DNA of 64,000 nt, taken from contig RHPI01003369.1 in NCBI GenBank assembly GCA_009103225.1, positions 1,285,490-1,349,489 of the forward strand. Reading direction: 5' to 3'. Both the position numbers and the translations under genes were made by a program. The notes beneath the pieces are model-generated. The model worked only from the letters and a program-made list of their open reading frames with translations. It searched no databases and had not been told where the DNA came from. This stretch comes from Chlorokybus atmophyticus (taxonomy: Eukaryota; Plantae; Mesostigma and Chlorokybus algae). Positions 45,501 through 58,819 of this stretch are shown here, in pieces; within the stretch, counting starts at the first letter, position 1; each line of letters starts with the position of its first letter.

Positions 45501-48500
45501 GTGCGTGCATGACCCTGCATGTGTGGGTGAGTGAGTGCGTGCGTGGGTCTGGGTGGGTGGGTGCGTGCGTACACGTGTGGACACGTGTGTTTATGTGTGG
45601 TAGCGAGCGACTCATACCATGTGGGCCTACCCTTGTACATGTGCATATAGTACTAGTGCTCCCCCTGCAGGCCCACCTTGCGGAGGCCCGTGCCGGCAAG
45701 TATGCGGCGGAGGCCGACCGCGCCGAGCTCGGGGCCGCCCTCGCGCTCGCGGTGAAGGGGTACCACCGGTGCGAGGGGGAGATGAGGATGCGGGGGGAGG
45801 AGGAGCGGAAAGCGAGGGCGAAACTGGCGATGGTGAGGAGGACAGAGGATGTGTGCGTGTGGGGGTGGGGGGGTGGGTGCGTGGGCGTCTGCATGAGTGC
45901 CTGTTTGCGTGTGTCACACACATGGGAGGGGCCCAAAAGCGTGATACCTGCTATACTCGTGATACCTGCTATACTCGTGACTCACGGCATATATATACGC
46001 ACAGAGTGTTGTCGCCATATGCGTCGTGGTGACCAACTCGAACACTGTTGTGTGTTTGTGTGCAGGCTGAAAAGAGGGAGGCGGGGTTGACGCAGCATCT
46101 GTTGCAAGCAAAGGACTCGGCCGCAAGGCTGGAACGTCAGTCGGAGGTGAGAGCCTGGCGTGTAGTCGATCATGAGTGAACGCAGGTTTTACATCAGCAA
46201 CGTGCCATCACCGACAGGCGCAAGCGGTCAAGTTGAAGCAAACGGAAGAGAAGCTGCTGGAAGCCACTGGCAAGGTCGCGAAGCTTCTGGCCGAGCAAAA
46301 GGAGGTATGGTGTTCTACCCAAAACACACACACGCACACGCATATGCACGCTCATATGTGCACACAAGCGCACGCACGCGCGCGCGCGCATGCACACACA
46401 CACATGCAAACGCATGCATGTGACCTCATACACACACTGTCATGCTTGCACAGCTCTCAAGTGCGCTGGAGGCCAGCCGTACAGATCTCCAGCTCACCAG
46501 CCACGAGCGCGACAACTTCATGGTGCAAGCGCGGGCGGACAAAGAGGAGAGTCGCGAGCTGGAGGAGAGAAGCAGAGAGCTCTGCGGGTACAGTTGTGAC
46601 AACCATTGCATACAGTCAAGCACTCGCACCACTGTTGCGTTGCGCATTGCCCATGCTTATGGTGGCTGTGAAGGTGGCTGGAAGACAGGGAACGGGTCAT
46701 CACACAGCTGCAATCAGAAGCCACAGAAAGGGTAACATACTCGCAAGTGCAACACCTCAAGTAGTGGCTCTTACCCATAACTCTCACTGACACTCACTCA
46801 CGCACTCGCACTCGCAACCGCACTCATGCTTACACCAACATCACCACCATCCAGGCCACCGACTTGTCCCTCGCCCGCAAGGAGTTGGACCTCTCCCTCC
46901 TGGAGGTGGACCGTCTCCGCGCCCACACCGCGGCGCGCGAGCTCGACGTCGCGATGGGGGCGGAGCTGCTGGCGGACGCGCGGGCGGAGGCGGCGCGGCT
47001 GCGGGGGGAGAGGGATGCCATGGGTGTGGACGCTGAGGATGCCAGAGACAGGATGGAAGAGGCCGAGAAGGAGCTTGCGACGCACGCCGAGAATGCACAG
47101 AGGTAGGTAGGAGAGGAGGATATGTGGGTACACGCGCACGCACACGCACGCACGCACGCACGCACGCATAGATGTCTGTCTTGCGTTAGTGCGAGGCAGA
47201 AGTGCTGCATGTGCATAGGATGGGAAGTTGCAATTGATGTATGATTGCATATGCATGCGCTACGAGGTAGTAGTATGCTGCTGCATGCTACACAGCATAG
47301 CGCCTGATGATATACTAGCGCTCACTCGTATGCCTTCGATACCGAAAGGACGCATGCTGATATTGTTTGGTTGATCTGCAGGTAGGGCAGCATAAACGTA
47401 TCACTGTCACACTAGCTTGACCAACCACAGTTTGGGGGAAAGACTAACAGCGAGGTGCTTGCAGGCTGGCGATGGAGGCGGACGCTCTGAGGCGCAAGCT
47501 CATGGAGGTGGACAGCGCCGGCAGGAGCAGAGAGGCAGAGCTGCGAAGGGCCAAAGCACGAGTGGAAGAACTCGAGGCACGTAAACACGCACGCACGCAC
47601 GCACGCACGCACATACGTGCACACGCGCGTGCTTCATCAACCAACACAACAATTCCCACCTGTCAGCGCGAGGCCGAGGTGGACCGCCAGGCCTGGGCTT
47701 CCGCTCACGGTCTGCTTCAGGCAGAGTTGGCCTCGCGCGGAGAAGCCGCGGACGAGTTGCGTCGCGAGGTTGCCGCTCTAACCGAAGCCCGCGACAAAGC
47801 TAGCGAGGAAGCCGCGCTGGCGAGGAAGGAGGCGGATGCGGCGGCTGAGGAGAAGAAGGAGTGGGAGGGGATGACGAATAAGAGTAACATAGTGAGGCAG
47901 TTCCTGCAGGTACGTGTCGGTGGGCGTGCGTGCGTGCGCGTGCGTGAACATCATCAACGTCAATGCCATGTTGTGATCATTGATGTTGACGATGTGATGC
48001 TTGCGTTCGGCAGGCTGAGGTGGCTGCACTCAAGAAACAGATTCACGAGCTCAAGGCGATTGCCGATGTGGGTGCCATTGCGGTGATCAAATCACAGAGC
48101 GAGCAGCAGTTGAAGCAGGTACAGATTTGAACACAACATACACTCACGTGATCTGCCTTGAAGAACATCCAGAAAACACTGGATGTAGATTGAGGCTGAG
48201 CACGAGGCGGATACTGAGCGCATGCGTGCCGAGCACAAGCGGGAGATGGAAGAGGCGAGGACACGGTATGAGATTGATATCGCCGCGCTGCAGCATCGCC
48301 TGCGAGTGGAAGAGGCCGCGCACCAAGTGAGAGATCAACAGTGCATGAGAGCACACAACTTGGCAATGTGTCATGAAGGAGCTGAGCTTGAGGTGCTTTT
48401 CTCTGCGGCAGGTGGATGTGGACATGGCTGCCGCCGCCACCGAACACATGCTTCGTCAGGTGCTGATACATAAACCACATTTACAGACATTCAAACTGTG

Positions 48501-49978
48501 TTGGTGTGTCTTGAAGCTCACACACACACGCACACCTCTGTTTACAGGTTCCAAGCGGTGCCTCAACAGTTAGCAGCCAGCAGGGTGCTCACAACACCGC
48601 ATCACCCGGCGTGCGTTCAATGCGCGCGGTGGTGAACTGGCTATCATCAACATCACACATTCGCGCCAACATGCACGCTAACACCGATGCCGACATAAGC
48701 AGCAGCTCAACAAGCAGCTTCCCAATGACGGTCTCACTTGAGCAAGCATCATCGCTCGCACAGGCCCTGTTGCTCAACAAAGTACATACCCACAAAGGTG
48801 TTGAGGACTTCTTTTACACTCGCGTTGGCGTGCGCCCCTTCGCGCAAGCTATCGCCTCGGCTCTGCGGTTATCAGCGGCAACGCACCAGCGCGAAGACGA
48901 GTTTGTCAACGTTCTGGCACTGGTTGTTGGGTGGGTAAACAACACCCTGCCGAAAGAAGCGGCGACCAACGTGGGTGCGTTGGCATCGTGTGCCCTTGGT
49001 GCCTTCAGAGAGGGTGAAGAGGGTGAGAAGGGTCTGAAGCTCGACACAGCAACAAGTGCCATACACGACTGTTTAAAGGTGAGTATTTTGTGCTTTGCCA
49101 GAGCCTTACAATAGTGCTATACAGAACCAGTATAACACATCACTAACACATCACTTGGAATCACAGCGCCTTGTTGATGCATCGGTGATTGCCACGCGTT
49201 TGACATCACTTCCCGCGCCTGTCAATCCATCTGCTGTGTTCAAAGCGGTTGTGGCAATGTGGCTGGAGGCTAGCAACAATGCGAGCGTCCAGTTGGTGAG
49301 CGTGTTCGAGGCGTGCAACACTCCCAGCCGAGACGGATGTTGGGACTTTGAGCGGTTCTGTGGAGCGGTCGCACGCGTCAGCGACAGCGTCTCGCGCATA
49401 CACCTCAAAGAGATGTACAAGGCGGCCTTGGAGCATTCTGGGGCTTCAGGCACTGTCATCAAACCAGAGGTGAGACACACGCACGCGCACGCACACGCAC
49501 ACGCACACGCACACAGGCGCACGCACACGCACGCACATACACACACATGCGCTGCGCTGCGAATGGCATGTCAATACATGTTGGATGATATTGAGCGCAG
49601 GTGTTTGTGGAGGTGGTGAGGGAATGTCACCCCCTGCACATGTTGTCTTCTCCACAAAGAGCCCTTCCAGACAGCACCTTGCACAGCCACACTGACTGGA
49701 CAGTGCTATCCATCGCCAGCCAAGCTTCAGCACAGAGCCTCCAGCAATCATCTGCTCAGACACACCTGGCGGACGTGCACGGGGCCGAGGGAGAAGAAGT
49801 GAAGCGGGAGCTTGCGGCTGTGGAAGAGGGGTTGAAGGCACTGCTTCCAAGGAGGAGAGATGATGCGGATGGACAAAGCTTGCAGCTGGCCTGGAAGCGG
49901 TACAGGCGCTTGCTGCTTCAGTATTCGTCGTGCTTGCAGAAGGTTGAGGTGCTGCGAATCGAACTCAGGGATGGATGA
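42586..49978 (+). CDS. Large multi-exon coiled-coil protein with a C-terminal degenerate EF-hand-like region (possibly ciliary/centrosomal)
   Basis: More than 20 GC-rich exons with canonical splice signals and long E/R/A/L-rich heptad segments. The C-terminus has SVFEACNTPSRDGCWDFERFCGAV..LKEMYKAAL. One intron contains an N gap (44783-44890). The function is inferred only. Confidence 0.7.
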
Positions 49979-50315
49979 TGTGTTGACAGTATCAATGACA
50001 GTGTACATGACTGTACAGAGGATACCAATTTTACTTCAAGCGGTCGACATTACCATTGACATTACCATTTACCAATACCCATGAACCGTTGCACAGGTGC
50101 CTGTGTGCTATGGGTGCCACATAATCAAGTATAACTCGTGCTACAGGACAGCAGGGAATGCTCCAACATAGTGCATGCATGGGTGCATGCTCAAGTACAC
50201 CGGGTATATGAGCTGATAACCATCCAATCTAGTGTTGCAAGATGGTAGCGCACTGAACAACAGTTACAAAACCAGCAGCAACGCAATTAGCATTGTACGC
50301 AATGCAACGCTATCA

Positions 50316-53155
50316 TCAAGAAGGCAAAAGAAAGGCATCGGCTTCATATGCGACGAAGGGGATAACATCTAGAGCTCTGCGCGCAACTCTTGCATCTTCA
50401 TGGATGCGCTCTATCAAGGCATCCAATGTCGGGAAATTGGCCTGAAAGAGACAATGACTGGTTGAGTTGCAACGCAACTGACTTGCAAGGACTACAGGTT
50501 ATGTCGTACGAACAACTGCAACGCCAAGTGATTGAATACCTCTGGTCTGATGTACCCCACCACAACAAGACGGAGCTCTTGTCCGTAAAAGTCTTCAGGA
50601 AAATCGTGTAGTAACCAAGGTTCCTATCAAACAATTGCCCATGATATAAGTTGGCAAGTAACAACAAAGAATGCAGTTTGAGCCGCTGATCCAATGGATA
50701 CAATACTTACCACTGTTTTTTGTTCGTTTTCAAAGAAAGGATTCCACCCGACACTCATGACCATCTTATGCACTGCTTTGCTGTTACCGACACTGCTCCA
50801 ACCAATGTAGATGCCACATGTTGCCTCAGCAACCAGGTGCGAGAAAGCAGTTGAGGGCAGATTCGCTGCAACCAACATGTTCAGTTGGAGCATATCCCAT
50901 GCATGCCATTGGTGAGAACACTGTCATGGTTGTAGTAGCTTCCATACCAGTTGGTATGCCTAGCATCTTGCTCCCCCTCCCAAAACCTTTGATGACCTCA
51001 CCCTTCATTCGCCACGGCTCCATGACCAACACGCCTTCAATTCCTATTGCAGTCCAATACTGAGTACTGCATCCATGGTACATTTTGGTCAGCATGTACG
51101 TCTTACATCAACACTTACGGTCTTCAATGCTGGGCAGACCGTACTGCTCTGGCCTAAAGTCTAACATGGATGTGATGACCTCATCTGCGGGCTCATAGAC
51201 CTCCTTAAAGCTCTTGCCTGGCAAGGACGGCACCGCTATAACACGCATGCCTGCTGCCTTGGCTGCCTGCACCCCATGCCTGCAATGTAGTATTACATGT
51301 TTAACATCAACATGTAGAAGGTGCTGTTGTTTAGAAATTGCAAAAGTACACTTATTTATATGTCGCAAAGAGTCGAGCTGACACTCACGGGGAGTCTTCA
51401 AAAACAAGGCAACTTGCTGGTGATGCGTTGAGCCTCTTTGCAGCCTCGAGAAAACTGCGTGCAGCAATACTCCTCAGTTGCATGGGAGGGTGTTTTCACT
51501 TCAGGACGCACACCACATGCTTCAGACGGCTTGCCGGCCCATCACACACAGGCCTGACTACGCACATGTGAGGGCAAGGCTTGCACTCATGCACCTCATC
51601 GCCGCAGACAATCGCAGCAAAAGTGTACTTCCAAACTGCACACAGAAGCCACAGCACTGAGATGAAGCCTATGTGTAAGCTGTCAAACCTACATGCATGG
51701 CAGACTCGCACCTGGGTAATGCGACAGCTTAATGGCTGTGGTTTTGCAGTCAGATGATGTCGCTATCGCCATGGGTATGTTGTGCGTTTTGAAATGCTCG
51801 ACCAAGCGAAGAACGCCTGGCAATGGCTTCGTGCTGGGTAATCTGTCAATGCCAGCAATCACATTACTCCAAAGGGTGCTGCAGGACTTATACCTTCTGC
51901 CAATGGCAGCCATGCCCACAAAACCAGCGGCTTTGTCGACTAACATCAGCAGCAGATGCTCAACAGCCCGAGACATGACCATACAGCTGGCTACTGCTTG
52001 ATAACATGAGACACAACTAACTGAGGAACTGAACCCTGCCAATCAAACTCCAGGATGAACCATAGGTGCCACTGAAGGCCACTGTTGAGTACTGTTTCAT
52101 GTGCGAGGAGGTACACGCAAAGGTTGCTGCCGCAATAAGCAACTGGCGCAAACAATGCGCTGTGCAAACGTGCACTTGTCAAGCACGCGGACAGTGATGC
52201 TTGTTGATCATTGCAAACCCGCTGCACAAACCGAAACACCCACCCACACACATCTTGTCACAACTGGGCCGTACTGCAGAGCTGACGACTCTGTGTGCTT
52301 TCAAGTGACAAGCTGCATGCGCGCACATACGAGTCATAGAGGCAAACCTGTCGAGCAGCATTGGGTGGCTCTGTGCAAGGTACTCTTCCACTGTGCATGG
52401 CAGCGACAACAGCGATATCAGCTCCGCCACTGCTCGCGCAGGCGATTGACCCAGTCCACAAGCCGCAACCTTGTAACACATAAGAAAGGTGAGATAAGAA
52501 CAAGAACAAGAACTCAACCTGTACACTTGCAGCAACAGCTAAAGCTTTCTGACATGTGTTTGTGTGTGCAACAGCAGTCATGTACGCATCACTTCACAGG
52601 GCAGCGAAGGCTTTTTTTGCAGAATTCTAATGACAATGTACGCACGACGCTTGAACTCAGACAACACCACAATTGCAACCACATGCGAGCCAGTAACACA
52701 AGCACGTGCTCTGCTTGCAATCGTAGCATCTACAAGGAGAACGCGCAAGCAATCATGAATGTTTTGTACCTGTGGTGTGAACTGCTTGTCATACTGGGCA
52801 ATGAGCGTCCGGGTAACGTTTGCCACAAGCCGCTCTGCAGCAACACTCGCTGCGGTCACCATGCAGGCAACACCCCAAACAGCGACAATCAAGGTGGAAA
52901 CAAGCAGCAAGCAAATCCAACAAGACCTGCCAGCCATGCAACCCAACTCCAAACAACTACACACGGTTATTTGGATGAACGTACAGCAAGACCAACCCCT
53001 ACTCAGCCCAACGCCACACAACAACCTGTGTCAAGCAAGGTCCCGTCCAGGTCGAATATGATATGCGTCACTGGGACAGCAGTGGCACTGCTGGCAGTCG
53101 AGGCGCTGTCACCAGCGTCCTCCGCCACCTCCGCCGCCCCCGACGCCTCCGCCAT
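50316..53155 (-). CDS. FHY: Bifunctional riboflavin kinase / FMN phosphatase (plant FHY/RFK type)
   Basis: HAD domain (HIIFDLDGTLLDT, PLPGVLRLV, AIATSS, VFEDSP) fused to an RFK domain (GEVIKGFGRGSKMLGIPT, MVMSVGWNPFF, ANFPTLDALIERIHED). Confidence 0.95.
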
Positions 53156-53869
53156 CCCGAACCCAGCAGCAGCAGTGCAGTGTGTTGTGTTGCCTTGTCC
53201 TGCCCGAGGCGGCAACAGCGGCGGCGGTCGTGGTCGTGATGGATGCTGTGTTCGTGATGGAGGTTATGGTGGAGCAGTGATGGTCTCTCGCGTGCTCAAG
53301 CTTGTGTTGTCTCGGAGCTGAGAGAGGAGAAGGAGCAGGGGTGGCGTTGCGGTTGCGTGACTGACTGACTCTTGCCCCACAGTGTAGGAGGTGAAAGGGA
53401 TGTGATGGTGATTACAGGTGTTCCTACGTGTTGCTTCTGTCCCCCTGACGTTATGCAGCGCAACGTGAGCATGCCGCAGCAGTCTTCGACCTTCTTTCAC
53501 AACGTCTGTGCGGCACGTCTGCACTGTGCACAAAGGTGCTTGCAAGCAGCTTTTCAGGGTGCGTTGCCCAGCTTCATGCTTGCGAGACTAGTCTGTATGC
53601 TACACGCAAAGTCGCCCGAGCTGTTGCACGTACCAGGTTCACTAGCATTCTTGCATTTTCAACTTACTTTTTGGATGCGTTATGCACTGCAAGGACATGC
53701 ACTAGGCCTACATTGTGCGCATAGCACACCAGAGCTTTTTGCTTTTTGAGATTGTACACGGGCTTTATTGGGAACTTAGAATGGATTAATCAGGCAGTGC
53801 AACAATCATCCAATATCATGCATTATGATAATGGGCGGACAGCGCGCTGTACAGGCGCGCGTCAATGGT

Positions 53870-55347
53870 CATTGAGGTGCACTTGTACAGCGCATTGTTC
53901 GCCCACATTCATGACGCAAGGTATGGCATGGTTGCATTGATGTGCCTAGGCTGACGCTCATGTTGTTATTCCAACAGACTCTTACTTCGATTTGGTAAGT
54001 CAGAAGCTCTGATGTTCGCTATGCATATGTAGTGCATGTTGCAATGCTAAATCATTACCGCCCATCTCAAAAGCACACAAGTCTCACCACATGCAACTTG
54101 ATTGACAAATATGCTGGGGACCTGTTCGCTTGTACGATTAAGTAGACAAGGCACAGACAAAGCAAACACAAAGGCGATTGTATGACGATGTGTGTGACTG
54201 CTGTGACATTCCATGAGGACATACACATAGGGACAGCACCCTCGCTGTGCATGTCTAACTATGATGTTGCCTAGATGACAAACCTGCATCAACCTATGCC
54301 ATGATGTACATGCCTTATGTAGACCTGCAAACACTGATCATTTGGCAATGGTCCTTGAAGCAGAGTAGAGTTTGGAGCCTAGCATTTGCAGTGCCAGCAG
54401 CTTGTCTACATACAGGTGCGCAAGCCACAAGCCAACATGGGAATGGGTATGGCTGAACCAAGTTGAACGACAGCAACAACAACAACACAACCACGCAGAC
54501 GCTTTTCGACTAGCACTTCGCTTCGGGAGGCCAAGGCTTCCACCGACTGAGTAGCTGCAGTAATTGCTTGGCTTCTTATCAGCGTGGTTGAACAGGTTGT
54601 GCGTTGCACGTTGTGTAGGTAATTTGCGGATGATATGCATGCTTGCATGTCTAACGGGGTGGTGGTAGTAGTGGTAGTGAAGATACTTCTGGATGACAAT
54701 AACTGCCTGCATGCTTTTGGATACTCACACTTCTTGCATGCGCCTTCATACACCACATGGTATGTACACATTGTGGTGGTCACATGCAGTAGCGCTTGTG
54801 TAATTCACATACCAAACATGCCTTGCACACGGTTGCAATTGAGCTCTTTATGTGCAATGAGGTAGACAGGCAAAGAGTTCCAAGCAGCCCAAACACTTCT
54901 GTCACCTTGGTAAGTGTTCAGCTGACCGCAACTGTGCGCTGTGAACGTGAAGCGACTGCCACAGCAGTGCACGAGCGCACCAAACAGCATCACATAGACA
55001 AGCAGTAGCAGAAACTGCGCACACAATCTTACACATACGGTACGGGTTCTCCCTTGCACATACAGACAATACATAAATGAGACAGACAACAAGGGGCCCA
55101 TGCGACTGCCTTGAGCCAAGTTCAACACGCCTCTCAACGATCACCAGTACCACTGTCTGCGTGAGCCGCAATAATCAGCAGCAACGTGCAACAGCAAGAT
55201 GACAGTGAGTGTGCAGCGCTGCCCAGCACAGCCCAGGCCATGCATCCCGTTACACTCAACGCTTTCTGCGACCAACCAACAGCGGCGGTCGACGACAATG
55301 GCTCAAGCAGTGACAGGGACAGGCACATATATAGACTACCACGTTGA
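53870..55347 (+). CDS. Candidate unannotated multi-exon gene (orphan, possibly membrane protein); boundaries unresolved
   Basis: Canonical small exons at 53978-53994, 54323-54415 and 54561-54595 splice to DLQTLIIWQWSLKQSRVWSLAFAVPAACLHTVIAWLLISVVEQ. A further open frame ends at TGA 55345-55347. I could not build a complete model. Confidence 0.35.
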
Positions 55348-55722
55348 CGACGGAATTACCATCCGTGAGCAGTACACTCTCCTGACAAATCCCAACCCAC
55401 AGGCTTGCAAGCCATGCAAGGCTTTTGCATTTCCTCAGATCAAAGCCAGAAATGGACAGCAAAGCCAAGCTGGCCATGCAGGCCAGAGCTTGGCTTCGCT
55501 GTCACACAGGCAGTGGTAAGACCTCGCTTTCAAAAACTCCCCCTCATCCTGCACCGGCTCCTCCTCCTTGTCCCTCTCCTCCTCTCTCGCCGCCGCCCTG
55601 CCACAGCCAAAGCCAGCAAGCGAGCCGGGGATTTTTCCCGCCTTTTTCTCCTGGCGCACACTAAGGCGGCGGCGCAGGAGGAGGAGGAGGAGGACGAGGC
55701 GGAGAGCTGGAGGCGGGACGCT

Positions 55723-58266
55723 ATGGCTGCTGGCGTGGTCGACAATGAGGTTCAGGGCGGTGCTGCGGGTGAGGCGGGCCTCACGGAGGCGGAGGCGGCG
55801 CTGTATGACCGACAGATCAGAGTGTGGGGAGTTGAAGCCCAGAAGCGGTAAGCTGCAAGCTGTTGTGCGCACTACACTCTCTGACGAAGCAGCCAGTTCC
55901 TTGAGTTTGCAACAAATGGATGCTCTGCAGCATGAGCGGCGCCCGCATTCTGGTGGCGGGGTGCTATGGGGTCGTCGCAGAGGTGCGTGCATGGTTGCCA
56001 GCATGCACTTTATGGTCTCTCACCGGCAATAGCAGCTGTAACATGCCACAGAATAGAGTGCATGAAGTGCACACCTCACCAGCCTGACTCACCAAACATA
56101 TGTATGTGCATGCATGCATACGCACGCGCACACGAGCATGCAGGCAGTGCACGCGCACTCGCTCAGACACGCGCACGCGCGCGTCTGTACATGCGCGCGC
56201 ATAGTCAACTTTGTGCTGGCATCCATCAACTATCACAGTCGTATGCGCATAAGCAGCGTGCATGTCGAGGATGCAGGTGTGCTGACTGCAATGCAGTTGT
56301 CTCTCGTTCGCTGTCTCTCATTGTCCAGTCCTCAAACTTCAGCGCAATTGTGACGTACTGCACATGAGCGCCCAGCATATCAACACTGGCACCTCGCATT
56401 ACAACACTTACACGATTATATGACGGGCATGCACGTCTTTATTTATATCCTTAGCTTTAATTGTTGGCGCATGCCTTTGGTCCAAGCCAACAGCTATGCT
56501 AGACAGCAATGAAACAGTCTCATGCTCGCAGACAGCCAAAAACATTGTCCTGGCGGGAGTCGGTTCCGTGGCAGTGCTGGATGACCGGCGTGTTGACTCG
56601 GAAGCAGTCGCCAGCAACTTACTGCTCCTTCCCGAACACGTCGACTCCGGGATAACCTGTGGTGAAGCATGCAGCCGGTCTTTGCAGGAACTCAACCCCA
56701 TGGTGAAGGTGTCTCACGTTGGCGGTAAGCCACGGCAGGTGCTTGTCCAAATGTGCCTGTGTGCGCGCGTGCTTGCACATGCACATGCGTAACAAAATCA
56801 TGCAGTAGCTCTGGCATACAAGTACATGGCATGCACGCATGCACAAACGCATGTATGCACAAGCGTTATGATCAGTACCTTGTGCGCGCTTGCATATGTG
56901 CACACGTGCGAACACAATGACGAGCAGCACTGTTGCATTGCACGTTTCTCAGAATGAATCATTGTAATTTTCGTTTGCAGGCAGCCTTAGTGACAAGCCT
57001 CCTTCCTTTTACCATGAATATGATATTGTCATTCTGGGCAGATCCTCCCCAGCAATACTAGTAAGCTGCGAGCGAGGTTTATACCTTTCTGCTACAACAG
57101 AGTGTGTGACTTGATATTGCTGCAGACGCAAGTTGAGGAAGCATGCAGGCAAAGGAACGTCAAGTTCTTCTATGTGGATGTGCGAGGCTCTGCAGGATTC
57201 ACATTCTCAGACCTAAACAGCCACGCGTACACGGAACCGGTGAGCCACTATAGTCAGCTTGTTGAGGAACAACGTATCACTCGTACACGCATGCTCTTCT
57301 TAACACTTGCCAATGGACCTCTCTTAGAAACTGTAAGTTACAAGTGGATCTTTGTTACAACAATGAACCTTATGTGCAGCCGAAGTCAGACAGCAATGAC
57401 GGACCGACCAAGCATATCATTGAGTATTGCACTTACAAGGTGCCAACAGCAGCATTGGCTTTGATCAGCTGACTGGTAGTCAAGACCATTGTACACGCTA
57501 AGGGCTTTCTTGCTTCTGGCAGGCTGCGACAACCGTTCCATGGCAAAAGCACCACAAGAGACTGTGCAAGCTCTTCTATGCCTTTCAAAGTGGGATGAGT
57601 TCTGCATCAGCTAAAGTGAGTCAAGTTGTCATCAGCCTGACAACAGCCATGGCTTTCTGGCAGTTCTGGAGCTCTTTGAGGAGCAAAATAACAGGAGGCC
57701 AGGGCAAGTGCAGTCGAGTGACTTACCTGCAGTGTTGGAGCTGAGAAAAAGCGTTTGCGCTGAGCAGGTGCGGCTTGTGATGCGTCAATGCACTACATAC
57801 GGCGCATAAAGCTCAAGAGAGCATGCAACATTGCTATTGATCTGTTCCTTTGGACTGAAGTCTGTTGATTACAATACAATGTTGGGTTGCAAGTCATCCT
57901 TGTGCGTACTTTTGTGAACGACATACAGGCAGTTGAACAAGCAAGGTGTCCAGATTTTCTACTGGAAGAGCTGGTTGCTGCTGGGCCAAGGGAGATGCCA
58001 GCAGTTTGCGCAATCGTCGGTGGTGTCTTCGGACAGGTATGCTTACTGCCCACCAATCCTGCCATCTCTTGCAAGCATGCGACTTATAATCGAGCAATTT
58101 ATGATCGCCAGTCAATTGTGTGTTGCAGTCAGTTGTGTGTAGCAGCAACTGACAGAGCCATGCTTAGGATGTGCTGCGAACAGTGTCCGGAAGCGGTGCT
58201 CCCATCAACAACTTCTTCTTCTTCTCCGTTGAAGATGGGGCAGGACTTGTGGAACGCATTGCTTGA
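55723..58266 (+). CDS. SAE1: SUMO-activating enzyme subunit 1
   Basis: LTEAEAALYDRQIRVWGVEAQKR, AKNIVLAGVGSV, LQELNPMVKV, EMPAVCAIVGGVFGQ and PINNFFFFS. Confidence 0.93.
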
Positions 58267-58819
58267 GCGCGACTTTGGCAGCCAGTACCCAAGGCTCGTG
58301 ATGGACACAACTTCACGGTTGCCCGATAGTGCAGTATAGGTATAGTTTTTATCCTTGTTACTAGACGATATCTCTCCTGCTGACAGCAGTCCCTCTACAT
58401 GCACACAACACACTGAAGGCACTGTGGGTGCAGTCCAGGCACATAGTACAAGGACGAGCAAAGCTGTTTAAAGTACTGTTGGAATGGTATCACCACACAA
58501 CATACCGCGCACAGTGCTGGCACAGTACCATACCCCTTAAATACAACCGGTTGACCATGAGCGCAAGAAAGAAAGGCGTTGCACTGACGCCTGCTGCAAT
58601 TATGCCACCAACCACTTGTCACAAAGTCCCACATTGAGCATCACAAACTTCCACGACTTGCAATGACTGTCGGCTGAGCACATGCACAGGTGTGCGCAAA
58701 TCAGCAGTGTACGCGTCACATGCGAAGCAGCAGCTAACAGCGCGAGCACTGTCACCAACACGTGATGTAAGCAAAGCGTTTCTATACCCAGGCCATTGCA
58801 TGCTTACAAGAGGAGACCG

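Noticed and set aside
52101-53321. 406-aa plus-strand ORF, plus many other long ORFs rich in H/A/C/M/T/R
   Set aside because: They are antisense to or overlap introns of real genes. TGCA/CATG-rich introns are stop-poor and yield spurious ORFs.
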